From NCBI GenBank assembly GCA_903908245.1, contig CAIVRE010000033.1, positions 82,172-146,171 of the forward strand: DNA of 64,000 nucleotides. The letters are read 5' to 3'. Within the stretch, counting starts at the first letter, position 1, and the number at the start of each line of letters is the position of its first letter. The notes under the pieces were generated by a model. It was not told the DNA's origin and did no database searches. It worked only from the letters and a program-made list of their open reading frames with translations. The translations under genes and the position numbers were made by a program. Source of the stretch: Candidatus Omnitrophota bacterium. GTDB taxonomy: Bacteria; Omnitrophota; Gorgyraeia; Zapsychrales; Fredricksoniimonadaceae. Positions 9,606 through 17,996 of the stretch are shown piece after piece.

Positions 9606-10091
9606 ATGGATGAGATCCTGGATATTCTGATCAACGATGCACGGACTCCGGCGGAAGATATCGCTAAAATGACCAAAAAGCCGGTGGCGGCGGTCAAGAA
9701 GGCGATCCGGAAATACGAAGAGGACGGTACGATCGTCCAGTATAAGGCGGTGGTGAACCCCGAGTTGGCCGAGGGGCTTTCCGCGCCCGTGCGGGCGCTG
9801 ATCGAGGTGAGCATTGTTCCCCAGAAAGATGTGGGATTCGATCATGTCGCCGAGCGCATCTACAGTTTTGCCGAGGTTACGAGCTGTTATCTCGTGTCGG
9901 GCAGTTACGACCTGTTGCTGATCGTTGAGGGCAAGAGCATCCAGACGGTGGCGGAATTTGTTTCTTCCAAATTGTCGTCGATGGAGAATGTCCGCCAGAC
10001 AACGACCCATTTCCTTCTCAAGAAGTACAAGGAGGAAGGCAAGATCTTCAAGCAGTCCGCCCGGCTTAAGAGGCTGAATATTTCTTACTAA
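9606..10091 (+). CDS. Lrp/AsnC family transcriptional regulator
   Basis: N-terminal HTH (ILDILINDARTPAEDIAKMT) and a C-terminal RAM/ACT-like domain. Sits immediately upstream of an aminotransferase, a common pairing. Confidence 0.7.
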   Translation: MDEILDILINDARTPAEDIAKMTKKPVAAVKKAIRKYEEDGTIVQYKAVVNPELAEGLSAPVRALIEVSIVPQKDVGFDHVAERIYSFAEVTSCYLVSGSYDLLLIVEGKSIQTVAEFVSSKLSSMENVRQTTTHFLLKKYKEEGKIFKQSARLKRLNISY

Positions 10092-10132
10092 TTTCCCGCG
10101 GCCATCCGCGTTCTTCGGGGCGGCGGCCGCTA

Positions 10133-11305
10133 TTGAAAAAAGGATTTATGTACGTTTCGAAACTGGTCAATGACCTTCCTTCGTCGGGGATACGCGCGTT
10201 CTTCGACCTGGTGATGGGGATGAAAGATGTGGTGTCGCTGGGTGTCGGCGAGCCCGATTTTGTCACTCCCTGGCATATTCGCGAGAAAGCCATTTATTCC
10301 CTCGAGCAGGGCTATACTTCCTACACGTCGAACAAGGGGATGCCGGAACTGCGCAAGGATATCTGCGCGTTCTTAAAAGGCCGCTACGGGCTTGATTATC
10401 ACTGGGACAGCGAGATCCTCATCACGGTCGGCGGCAGTGAGGCGCTTGATCTTGCCTGCCGCGCGATCCTTGAGCCGGGAGAAAAGGTTATTATCCATGA
10501 GCCTTGTTTTGTGGCGTATGCGCCGCTGGTGAAACTGGCGGGCGGCGAGCCCGTGCCGCTCATTACGACGGCGAAAGAGGGTTTCAAGGTCACGCCGGAA
10601 AAACTGGAAAAGGCCTGGCAGAAGGGGACCAAAGCGTTCCTTATCAATTATCCGTGTAATCCGACCGGGACGTCCTATACCCGCAAGGAACTGACGGCCC
10701 TGGCCAAAGTGGCGCAGAAAAGAGACCTGCTGGTGCTGTCCGACGAAATCTATGACGAGCTGACGTATGATTTTGATCACACGCCGTTCGCGTCGCTTCC
10801 CGGCATGCGCGACCGGGTGATCTACCTCAACGGCTTTTCCAAGGCCTATGCCATGACCGGCTGGCGCCTGGGCTGGGCCGCGGGCAATGAAAAGATCCTC
10901 GCCGCCATGACCAAGATCCACCAGTATCAGGTGATGTGCGCGTCGATCACCAGCCAGATGGCCGGCAGGGAAGCGATCACGCGCGGTCGCCCGGACGTCC
11001 TGGCGATGAAGAAAGAATATAACCGCCGCCGGAATTTCATTGTTGCTTCGCTTAACGAGCTCGGGCTCGAGTGCCATATGCCGCAGGGCGCTTTTTATGC
11101 GTTCCCGTCCATCAAGGGCCTGAACATGAGCTCGATCGATTTTGCCCGTGACCTGCTGGAGAAGCAGAAGGTCGCGCTGGTGCCGGGCGGTGCGTTTGGT
11201 TCGCAATGCTCTGATCATGTGCGTATCTCCTATGCGTCAAGTTACGACAATCTTCGTGAAGCGGTCAATCGTATTGGCCAATATTTGAAGGCGCGCAATG
11301 GTTAA
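10133..11305 (+). CDS. class I/II PLP-dependent aminotransferase (aspartate/aromatic aminotransferase-like)
   Basis: GVGEPDF…, YPCNPTG, …FSKAYAMTGWRLGW (PLP-lysine motif SKxxxMxGxR), 390 aa. Confidence 0.75.
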   Translation: MKKGFMYVSKLVNDLPSSGIRAFFDLVMGMKDVVSLGVGEPDFVTPWHIREKAIYSLEQGYTSYTSNKGMPELRKDICAFLKGRYGLDYHWDSEILITVGGSEALDLACRAILEPGEKVIIHEPCFVAYAPLVKLAGGEPVPLITTAKEGFKVTPEKLEKAWQKGTKAFLINYPCNPTGTSYTRKELTALAKVAQKRDLLVLSDEIYDELTYDFDHTPFASLPGMRDRVIYLNGFSKAYAMTGWRLGWAAGNEKILAAMTKIHQYQVMCASITSQMAGREAITRGRPDVLAMKKEYNRRRNFIVASLNELGLECHMPQGAFYAFPSIKGLNMSSIDFARDLLEKQKVALVPGGAFGSQCSDHVRISYASSYDNLREAVNRIGQYLKARNG

Positions 11306-11717
11306 AAAGAATAAAGACGTTCAATTCGAAATATCTTTTTACGAGAATGTTCTGGGCCACGCGCCGGATTTTATCGAGGTGCTGGTGTGTCTGGGCGATC
11401 TGTATACCAAAGAGGGCCTTTATGCCAAGGGCCTCGCGATCGACGAGCGGCTGGCCGCGCTTCGGCCGGAAGAGCCGGTGGTGATGTATAATCTGGCGTG
11501 CAGTTATTCGCTTTTGAACAATATCCCTTGCGCGCGTCAGGCCATGCTGCGTGCCATTGACCTCGGGTATGATGAGTGGGACCATTTGCAGAAGGACGCG
11601 GACCTGGTGAATTTGCTTGGCGACAGCGAATTTGTGGCGCGATTGAACGATCGCCGGTCCAGGGCCGTTGGCAAGCGCGCACATATCCTTGGGCCATGCC
11701 AGGGAGAGTCGGAATGA
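11298..11717 (+). CDS. TPR-repeat protein
   Basis: TPR-like helices ([31 protein letters not shown]). Confidence 0.45.
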   Translation: MVKKNKDVQFEISFYENVLGHAPDFIEVLVCLGDLYTKEGLYAKGLAIDERLAALRPEEPVVMYNLACSYSLLNNIPCARQAMLRAIDLGYDEWDHLQKDADLVNLLGDSEFVARLNDRRSRAVGKRAHILGPCQGESE

Positions 11718-12133
11718 GATCTTTCCGTCAGGAGCTTTGGTTCGAGGTCCCGACCCGCCGGGCGTATATCAATATCACGGGGCAGGTTGATTCCGCGCTC
11801 AAGGCCAGCGGTATTCGTGAAGGATTGTGCCTGGTCAATGCCATGCACATTTCGGCCAGTGTTTTTATTAATGATGATGAGGCAGGGCTTCATCAGGACC
11901 TGGAGCGCTGGCTTGAGACATTGGCTCCGCATGCGCCGACGGCGCAATACCGGCATAATGATTCCGGTGAAGATAATGCGGACGCTCATTTGAAACGTGA
12001 AGTGCTGGGACGCAGCGTGACCGTGGCCGTAACGGGCGGCAAGCTGGATTTCGGCCCCTGGGAGCAGATATTTTATGGCGAGTTCGATGGCCGGCGCCGA
12101 AAGCGCGTGTTGGTAAAAATCATTGGAGAATGA
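11714..12133 (+). CDS. YjbQ/UPF0047 family protein (secondary thiamine-phosphate synthase-like)
   Basis: 139-aa product with [24 protein letters not shown]…[20 protein letters not shown]…[14 protein letters not shown]… Start taken at the internal ATG that overlaps the upstream stop. Confidence 0.65.
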   Translation: MRSFRQELWFEVPTRRAYINITGQVDSALKASGIREGLCLVNAMHISASVFINDDEAGLHQDLERWLETLAPHAPTAQYRHNDSGEDNADAHLKREVLGRSVTVAVTGGKLDFGPWEQIFYGEFDGRRRKRVLVKIIGE

Positions 12134-12136
12134 CCT

Positions 12137-13039
12137 ATGGCGTTTTTAGCATTGGGAACAGTTGCTCTGGATAATGTCAAAACGCCTTCGGGTGTGAAGA
12201 AGAACATGCTGGGGGGCAGCGCGGCGCATTTTTGCATGAGCGCGCGCCTGTTCGATGATGTCCATGTGGCGGGGATCGTGGGGAAGGATTTCCCCAAGAT
12301 GCATCTGGATTTTCTCAAGCGCAAGGGGATCAATCTTTCCGGTTTGACGATCAGTGACGGGAAGACTTTTCGCTGGACGGGGGAGTACAAGCAGGAAGAC
12401 CTTAACAGCGCCATTACACATGCGACCGAGCTGGGGGTCCTGGCCGATTATATCCCGCAGATCACGGATCAGCACAGGAAGATGACCCATGTGTTCCTGG
12501 CGAACCTGGCGCCTTCGGTGCAGGAGAAACTGCTGTCGATGATCGCCAAGCCCGAGTTCGTCGGGCTCGATACGATGAACCTGTGGATCAATACGGCGCT
12601 GCGTGATCTGAAGCGGTTGATGAAAAAAGTGGACTTGATGATCCTCAATGACACGGAAGCAAAGATGCTGACCGGTGAGCGTAATACGGTTGCGGCGGCC
12701 CGCGTGATCCGCGCGATGGGGCCCCGTATCGTGGTCATAAAAAAGGGGGAGCACGGGGTTTATGTTTTCGGCGGTGATTTTCAATTCGGTTATCCGGCCT
12801 ATCCCGTGGCCAAGGTGGTCGATCCCACCGGTGCCGGGGATACCTTTGCCGGCGGGTTTTTCGGGTATCTTGCCAAAGCCCGCAAGACGGACCAGAAGAC
12901 CCTGCGCAGGGCGGCGGTCTACGGGACGGTCTTGGCGTCTTTTAATGTGGAAGGGTTCGGCATGGGCAAGACCGCGCCGCTTTCGATGAAGGAAGTGGAC
13001 AGGCGCCTCAAGGAATATCAGGCTTTTTGTGCTTTTTAA
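12137..13039 (+). CDS. PfkB/ribokinase-family carbohydrate or nucleoside kinase
   Basis: C-terminal DPTGAGDTFAGGF signature, GG dipeptide region, 300 aa. Confidence 0.7.
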   Translation: MAFLALGTVALDNVKTPSGVKKNMLGGSAAHFCMSARLFDDVHVAGIVGKDFPKMHLDFLKRKGINLSGLTISDGKTFRWTGEYKQEDLNSAITHATELGVLADYIPQITDQHRKMTHVFLANLAPSVQEKLLSMIAKPEFVGLDTMNLWINTALRDLKRLMKKVDLMILNDTEAKMLTGERNTVAAARVIRAMGPRIVVIKKGEHGVYVFGGDFQFGYPAYPVAKVVDPTGAGDTFAGGFFGYLAKARKTDQKTLRRAAVYGTVLASFNVEGFGMGKTAPLSMKEVDRRLKEYQAFCAF

Positions 13040-13316
13040 CATGAACCCGTTCGAGTTGCTGGCGTTGGTCGCCTCGGTGGTCATGCCGCTGTGGAATATC
13101 CCTCTGATCGTCAAGATCGTCGAGCGAAAGTCTTCCGATGACCTTTCGCAGTATTGGCTGTGGGGCGTGTGGACGTGCATGCTCCTGATGGTCCCGTGGG
13201 CTTTTATGACGACCGACAAGGTTTTGCGGGTATTTAGCATTATCAATTTTATTCTGTTTTCGGGAGTGGCGGTGGCGGTGATGAAATATCGAAAGAGGCC
13301 CAATGGCAGCAGTTAA
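13029..13316 (+). CDS. small hypothetical membrane protein (3 predicted TM)
   Basis: 95 aa and hydrophobic. Overlaps neighbours by a few nt. Confidence 0.3.
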   Translation: MLFNMNPFELLALVASVVMPLWNIPLIVKIVERKSSDDLSQYWLWGVWTCMLLMVPWAFMTTDKVLRVFSIINFILFSGVAVAVMKYRKRPNGSS

Positions 13317-14289
13317 AAAAGCAGCGGTCAAGAAGGAAGCAAAAGCGCCGGTCAAGAAAGCGCCGAAGAAAGCGGTCAAGAAGCCTCAGCTTAAGTGCGG
13401 CTTTGCCTCGATCATCGGCCGTCCGAATACGGGGAAATCCACCCTGCTGAATTATCTGGTCGGAGAAAAGATCTCGATCGTTTCCGATGTTCCCCAGACC
13501 ACCCGGAAAATGTTGCGCGGGATCTATACGGACGAGCGTGGGCAGGTTATTTTTATTGATACACCGGGCTGGCATATCGGCCGTGATCATCTGGACCGTT
13601 ACATGAACCAGGCCTGCGTGAATTCTATCGAGGGCGTGGATTGCATTATTTATGTGGTGGATTCTTCCGAGCGTGTGGGGGAAGAAGAGCGCCGTATTGT
13701 TTCCCGCCTGAAGAACGAGAAAGTCCCGGTCATTATGGCGCTTAACAAGATCGACCTTAAAGGGAAACATATCCCGGAATATGTCGAGCTTTGGGAGCAG
13801 GCGCGCGGCATGCCGATATCGGAAATGAAAAATTTTGTCCTCCTGCCGCTGTCGGGGCGTGACGGCATTCAGGTCGACCAGCTTTTGTCGTCTGTGTTTT
13901 CCTTCCTGCCGCAGGGCCCCATGCTTTACGAAGCGGATATTGTGACCGATGTTCCCCGCAAGCAGGTGGTCGCGGATATTATCCGTGAAAAGCTGTTCCT
14001 GCTCACCCGGGAAGAGCTGCCGCATGCCATCGCGGTTGAGATCGAGGAGATGCGCCCGACCAAGGGCAAGACCACGTATATCCGCGCGGCGATCCTGGTG
14101 GAGCGCCAGACGCAGAAGGAGATCGTGATCGGCAACAGGGGGTCGATGGTCAAGCAGGTCGGTTCCCTGGCCCGTACGGACCTGGAAACGCTGCTGGAAA
14201 CAAAGGTTTTTCTCGAGCTTTTTGTCAAGTCCCGCAAGAACTGGCGTGATGATCACGACCTGATGGTGGACCTGGGATATACGTTTTGA
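13303..14289 (+). CDS. era: GTPase Era with a lysine/alanine-rich N-terminal extension
   Basis: GRPNTGKSTLLN (G1), DTPG (G3), NKID (G4), C-terminal KH-like region. Preceded in frame by MAAVKKAAVKKEAKAPVKKAPKKAVKKPQLK with no alternative in-frame start. Confidence 0.8.
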   Translation: MAAVKKAAVKKEAKAPVKKAPKKAVKKPQLKCGFASIIGRPNTGKSTLLNYLVGEKISIVSDVPQTTRKMLRGIYTDERGQVIFIDTPGWHIGRDHLDRYMNQACVNSIEGVDCIIYVVDSSERVGEEERRIVSRLKNEKVPVIMALNKIDLKGKHIPEYVELWEQARGMPISEMKNFVLLPLSGRDGIQVDQLLSSVFSFLPQGPMLYEADIVTDVPRKQVVADIIREKLFLLTREELPHAIAVEIEEMRPTKGKTTYIRAAILVERQTQKEIVIGNRGSMVKQVGSLARTDLETLLETKVFLELFVKSRKNWRDDHDLMVDLGYTF

Positions 14290-14295
14290 GATCTT

Positions 14296-14955
14296 ATGCT
14301 TTCTGTCGGTTCGATATCCAGGATGATCGGGATGATCCGCGCGGCGGTAAAACACCTGCCCGACCCGTCGGTTACGCTCGTCGGTAAAAGATGGCGGTCG
14401 CCGTACCTGGTCCTGATATCGTGCCTGCTCAGCCTGCGGACCAAGGATTCCACCACATTGCCGGCATCGGAAAGATTATTTCGCCTTGCCCATTCTCCCG
14501 AAGCTATGCTAGAGTTGACCGTTCTCGAGATCGAGCGCGCTGTTTTTCCTGTGGGTTTTTATCATACCAAGTCGCGGCGTATCCTGGAGATCTCCCGCGA
14601 TCTGCTGGAGCGTTTTAAAGGCCGGGTGCCGGACACGCTCGAAGAGTTGCTGACGCTCAAGGGGGTCGGGCGAAAAACAGCCAATCTGGTGCTGGTGGAG
14701 GGGTTCGGGAAAGACGGTATTTGCGTTGATACCCATGTTCACCGCATTTCCAACCGTTTCGGTTTTGTGACGACAGGGTCGCCGGATGAGACGGAACAGG
14801 TCCTGCGCAAGAAATTGCCCGTGAAGTTCTGGAAGGAATATAACGCGCTGCTGGTCTTATGGGGACAGAATGTTTGCCGCCCTGTATCGCCCAAGTGTTC
14901 GGAGTGCCCGGTTCGTAAAATGTGCAACCGGGTCGGGGTTCTCCAAAATCGGTGA
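14296..14955 (+). CDS. nth: endonuclease III (HhH-GPD DNA glycosylase with 4Fe-4S)
   Basis: LKGVGRKTANLVL helix-hairpin-helix, VDTHVHR, C-x6-C-x2-C-x5-C cluster (CRPVSPKCSECPVRKMC). Confidence 0.8.
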   Translation: MLSVGSISRMIGMIRAAVKHLPDPSVTLVGKRWRSPYLVLISCLLSLRTKDSTTLPASERLFRLAHSPEAMLELTVLEIERAVFPVGFYHTKSRRILEISRDLLERFKGRVPDTLEELLTLKGVGRKTANLVLVEGFGKDGICVDTHVHRISNRFGFVTTGSPDETEQVLRKKLPVKFWKEYNALLVLWGQNVCRPVSPKCSECPVRKMCNRVGVLQNR

Positions 14956-14958
14956 GTA

Positions 14959-16254
14959 ATGGTCGATCAATTTTTTGTCTATTTATCCGAGTTCCTGGGT
15001 CTTCAAGTGATCGCCTCTGACGAAAAAGTACTGGGGCGGTTCGAGGACTTTTCGATGAACTTGAACAATGATATTTATCCGCGGGCCAAGGGGCTGATCA
15101 TTTGCCGGGGCGGGATGGCGTCTTCTTACGCGGAAGTCCCGATGTCGGAGTTCCAGAGGCTTGACGGTCATTGTGTCCATTTGAAGTGCCCGTCTGGCGC
15201 CGTGGTGTTCTCTTCTCAAAAGCCGGCGTGTGAGTTCGCCCTGCGGCGGGATGTGCTTGACCAGCAGATCGTGGACGTTGAGAACCGGAAGGTCGAGCGC
15301 GTGAATGACGTGCATTTGCTGCGCGTGGAAAACCAGTATCATGTCGCCCATGTGGATGTCGGCCTGCGCGGGCTGGTGCGCCGGCTTGACCTGGAGCCTT
15401 TCGCGGATGCTTTTGTCCGGTTCTTTAAAAAGAACGCCGATTATCTTACGGCCGAGGAGCTTGTTTCATGGAAGAATTCCCAGGTCCTGACCATTGGCAA
15501 TCAGAAGAATGTTCTAAAGCTTGATGTGTCCAGGGCCAAGATCGCCAAGATCCCTCCGACAGCGCTTGCGGACCTTATGGGCGACCTGGATGTTTTTGAA
15601 CAGGCTTCGCTTTACCGTTCGCTGGCGCCGGATGTCCAGCGCAAGATGTTCGCCGATATGGCCCCGGATGACAAGCTCGGGTTGATCGATCAGATGGGGG
15701 ATGTCGAGGTGGCCCAGCTGGTCAGCCAGATCCCTTCCGATGAAGCGGCCGACTTTTTAATGAGCCTTCCGAAAGACAAGATGCAGAATTATCTGCGCTT
15801 GATGGAGAATCAGTCTGCCCGGCGGCTGCGCACGTTGTTGGGATTCCGCAAGGATTCCGCGGGCGGCCTGATGACGACGGAATATTTGTGGCTGCGCAAG
15901 GATGCGACCGTGGGTGACGCCTGGACGAGGTTGAAGGCGGCCACGGAGTCCCCGGTCAGCCTTACCACGATCTATGTGGTGGATGAGAATCACGGTTATC
16001 TTGGAACGACGACCATTCACCGGTTCATCAATGAGCCGCCGGAGAGGCTTATTCTGGATGTTTGCCATCCGCACAAGGTCTTTGTCCGTACGGACGATGG
16101 CATGGAGAAAGTGGCGCTTCTGATCGAGCAGTATAAGTATACGGCGATCCCGGTCCTGGATGATAACGATGTCCTGATGGGGTCGATCACGGTGGACGAT
16201 GTGATGGAAGAGCTGATTGCCCTGGCCTGGGGGAAATATAAGGACCAGATCTAG
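14959..16254 (+). CDS. soluble MgtE N-domain plus tandem CBS domain protein (no membrane domain)
   Basis: MgtE_N-like acidic helical region (DDKLGLIDQMGDVEVAQLVSQIPSDEAADFLMSLPKDKMQNYLRLM) followed by two CBS motifs. Ends without TM helices. Confidence 0.6.
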   Translation: MVDQFFVYLSEFLGLQVIASDEKVLGRFEDFSMNLNNDIYPRAKGLIICRGGMASSYAEVPMSEFQRLDGHCVHLKCPSGAVVFSSQKPACEFALRRDVLDQQIVDVENRKVERVNDVHLLRVENQYHVAHVDVGLRGLVRRLDLEPFADAFVRFFKKNADYLTAEELVSWKNSQVLTIGNQKNVLKLDVSRAKIAKIPPTALADLMGDLDVFEQASLYRSLAPDVQRKMFADMAPDDKLGLIDQMGDVEVAQLVSQIPSDEAADFLMSLPKDKMQNYLRLMENQSARRLRTLLGFRKDSAGGLMTTEYLWLRKDATVGDAWTRLKAATESPVSLTTIYVVDENHGYLGTTTIHRFINEPPERLILDVCHPHKVFVRTDDGMEKVALLIEQYKYTAIPVLDDNDVLMGSITVDDVMEELIALAWGKYKDQI

Positions 16255-16266
16255 GAAAATGAACCC

Positions 16267-17547
16267 ATGAAGATCATTGACGACATTAAGAACAGCCCTG
16301 CGGCCCGGAACATATTGATCTTCCTGGCCATTCTTGGCCCGGGGATCGTGACCGGAAGCGTGGATAATGATGCCGGCGGCATCACGACTTACTCGGTGGC
16401 CGGAGCCTTGTACGGGTACAATCTTTTGTGGACGCTTATTCCTTCTTTTATCGCCCTGGTGGTGATCCAGGAGATGAACCTGCGCATGGGGATGATCACC
16501 GGCAAGGGGCTGGCGGACCTGATCCGCGAGAATTTCGGGGTCAAGATCACGGCTTTTATATTTGTTGGGCTTATTATTGCGGACATCGGGAATACTGCGA
16601 CTGAATTTGCCGGTGTGGCGGGCAGTATGGCGGTTTTTGGTGTTAGTAAATATATTTCTGTTCCGCTCACTGCGCTGGCGGTCTGGATCCTGGCCACCAA
16701 GGGGAATTACAAGATCGCGGAAAGGATATTTCTTTTTTTCAGTTTTTGTCTTTTGTTCTATGTTATTTCAGCGGTCATGGCCAAGCCGGAATGGGGTGCC
16801 ATCGGCCACGCATTCGTCCATCCCCAGGCGAAACTGGACAACGAGTATTTGGGGATGGTCCTTGGCATTATCGGAACGACTATCGCGCCCTGGATGCAAT
16901 TCTATATGCAGTCCGCGGTTATTGAGAAAGGGATCACGGTCAAGGATTACAAGTTCGCGCTGATCGATGTTATTCTCGGCTGTACGGCGACCGTGGTGGT
17001 GGCGTTCTTCATTATTGTCGCTTGTGCGGCCACGCTCAACAAGAACGGCATTGTGATCAAGGAGGCGGCGGATGCGGCGATGGCTCTGAAACCTTTTGCC
17101 GGAGCCCTTGCGTCGCAGGTTTTTGCTTTCGGGCTTTTTATCGCGTCGGCTTTTTCCGCAACGATCCTGCCGCTGGCGACCGCGTTCTATGTTTGCGAAG
17201 CGTTCGGGTTTGAGGCGGGTATCGACAAGCGCGTGGATGAAGCGCCGCAGTTCTACTGGCTGTTCGGGAGCATCATTGCGGTCGCGGTCCTTATTATTCT
17301 TTGGCCCAATGCGCCGCTCATCGTTATTACGCTCTGGTCCCAGATTATCAATGCCATGCTTTTGCCGGTGGTCCTGATTTCCATGATCTATATGGTGAAC
17401 AGCCGTTATATTATGGGAGATTATGTGAATAACAGGTTCCAGAATATCATCGGCTGGGGAACGACCGTTATTTTGATCGCGCTGACGGCCCTCATGCTGG
17501 TTTCTCCGTTTGAGCCGTTCTTCCAGAAGTTGTTTTTTCGTGGTTGA
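16267..17547 (+). CDS. Nramp (SLC11) family transporter with non-canonical metal-site motifs, NRMT-like
   Basis: GPGIVTGSVDNDAGGI (the canonical DPGN is replaced by DAGG) and TTIAPWMQFYMQS (the canonical MPH is replaced by APW). About 11 TM helices, 426 aa. Confidence 0.7.
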   Translation: MKIIDDIKNSPAARNILIFLAILGPGIVTGSVDNDAGGITTYSVAGALYGYNLLWTLIPSFIALVVIQEMNLRMGMITGKGLADLIRENFGVKITAFIFVGLIIADIGNTATEFAGVAGSMAVFGVSKYISVPLTALAVWILATKGNYKIAERIFLFFSFCLLFYVISAVMAKPEWGAIGHAFVHPQAKLDNEYLGMVLGIIGTTIAPWMQFYMQSAVIEKGITVKDYKFALIDVILGCTATVVVAFFIIVACAATLNKNGIVIKEAADAAMALKPFAGALASQVFAFGLFIASAFSATILPLATAFYVCEAFGFEAGIDKRVDEAPQFYWLFGSIIAVAVLIILWPNAPLIVITLWSQIINAMLLPVVLISMIYMVNSRYIMGDYVNNRFQNIIGWGTTVILIALTALMLVSPFEPFFQKLFFRG

Positions 17548-17573
17548 GCGCCGTTGCGTGTTGGTGTAAATCG

Positions 17574-17608
17574 TTGACTGCTTTTTTCCTCCGTGTTAGT
17601 ATTAGCAC
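17574..17608 (+). promoter_or_regulatory. sigma70-like promoter upstream of rpsU (TTGACT-17 nt-TAGTAT)
   Basis: TTGACTgcttttttcctccgtgtTAGTAT with 17-nt spacer, about 35 nt upstream of the rpsU ATG. Confidence 0.4.
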
Positions 17609-17642
17609 TCAATTTTTTCAGAAAGGCGGGTGAATTTAATTT

Positions 17643-17810
17643 ATGGTCGAAGTCAAAGTGTCGGACCGCAACAGTTTTGAAAAAGCACTGCGGACGTTCA
17701 AGAAGCTTTGTCAGCGCGAGGGTTTTCTCGTCGAGCTGAAGGAGCGCCGTTTTTATTCCAAACCTTCCGAGCTTAAGCGGAAAAAGGGCGGAAAAATTAC
17801 GATGCGCTAA
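17643..17810 (+). CDS. rpsU: 30S ribosomal protein S21
   Basis: 55-aa product MVEVKVSDRNSFEKALRTFKKLCQREGFLVELKERRFYSKPSELKRKKGG… matches the S21 pattern (…RRFKR.CEK.G….RRR.FYEKP…). Below the ORF-track size cut-off. Confidence 0.75.
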   Translation: MVEVKVSDRNSFEKALRTFKKLCQREGFLVELKERRFYSKPSELKRKKGGKITMR

Positions 17811-17824
17811 TGCATCGTGTTAAA

Positions 17825-17934
17825 GGCCGGGCTGCGGTCTATCATCAGCTGCTCAGACAGCACGCCTATCCCTATCTAGAGAGTGGAAGGATAGGCGTGA
17901 ACTCGCATCTGATGATAGACCTCCGCCCTGGGCC
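17825..17934 (+). ncRNA. ~110-nt extended imperfect palindrome / rod-like stem-loop in the rpsU-purH intergenic region (function unknown)
   Basis: Nested perfect inverted repeats GGTCTATCATCAG/CTGATGATAGACC (17836-17848 / 17909-17921) and CACGCCTATCC/GGATAGGCGTG (17861-17871 / 17889-17899) plus outer GGCCGGGC/GCCCTGGGCC pairing. No U-tract. Confidence 0.4.
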
Positions 17935-17996
17935 TTGAACTTCCAAAAGCATTCTTTGGAAAATGAATTTGTAATTTTCTTAAAAGGACCTCATTC

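Noticed and set aside
10373-11218. 281-aa minus-strand ORF
   Set aside because: Antisense to the well-supported aminotransferase. Arg-rich, GC-driven.
12146-14355. Long minus-strand ORFs (385 aa and 368 aa) antisense to the PfkB kinase and era
   Set aside because: They overlap strongly supported + strand genes over their whole length. High GC generates long stop-free antisense frames. No family motifs.
17825-17934. ZTP (pfl) riboswitch upstream of purH
   Set aside because: Only the 3' CCGCCCUGGGC segment resembles what I recall of the motif. The element folds as a continuous rod-like hairpin without the expected pseudoknot topology, and the 5' conserved nucleotides are absent. Left as an unclassified structured element.
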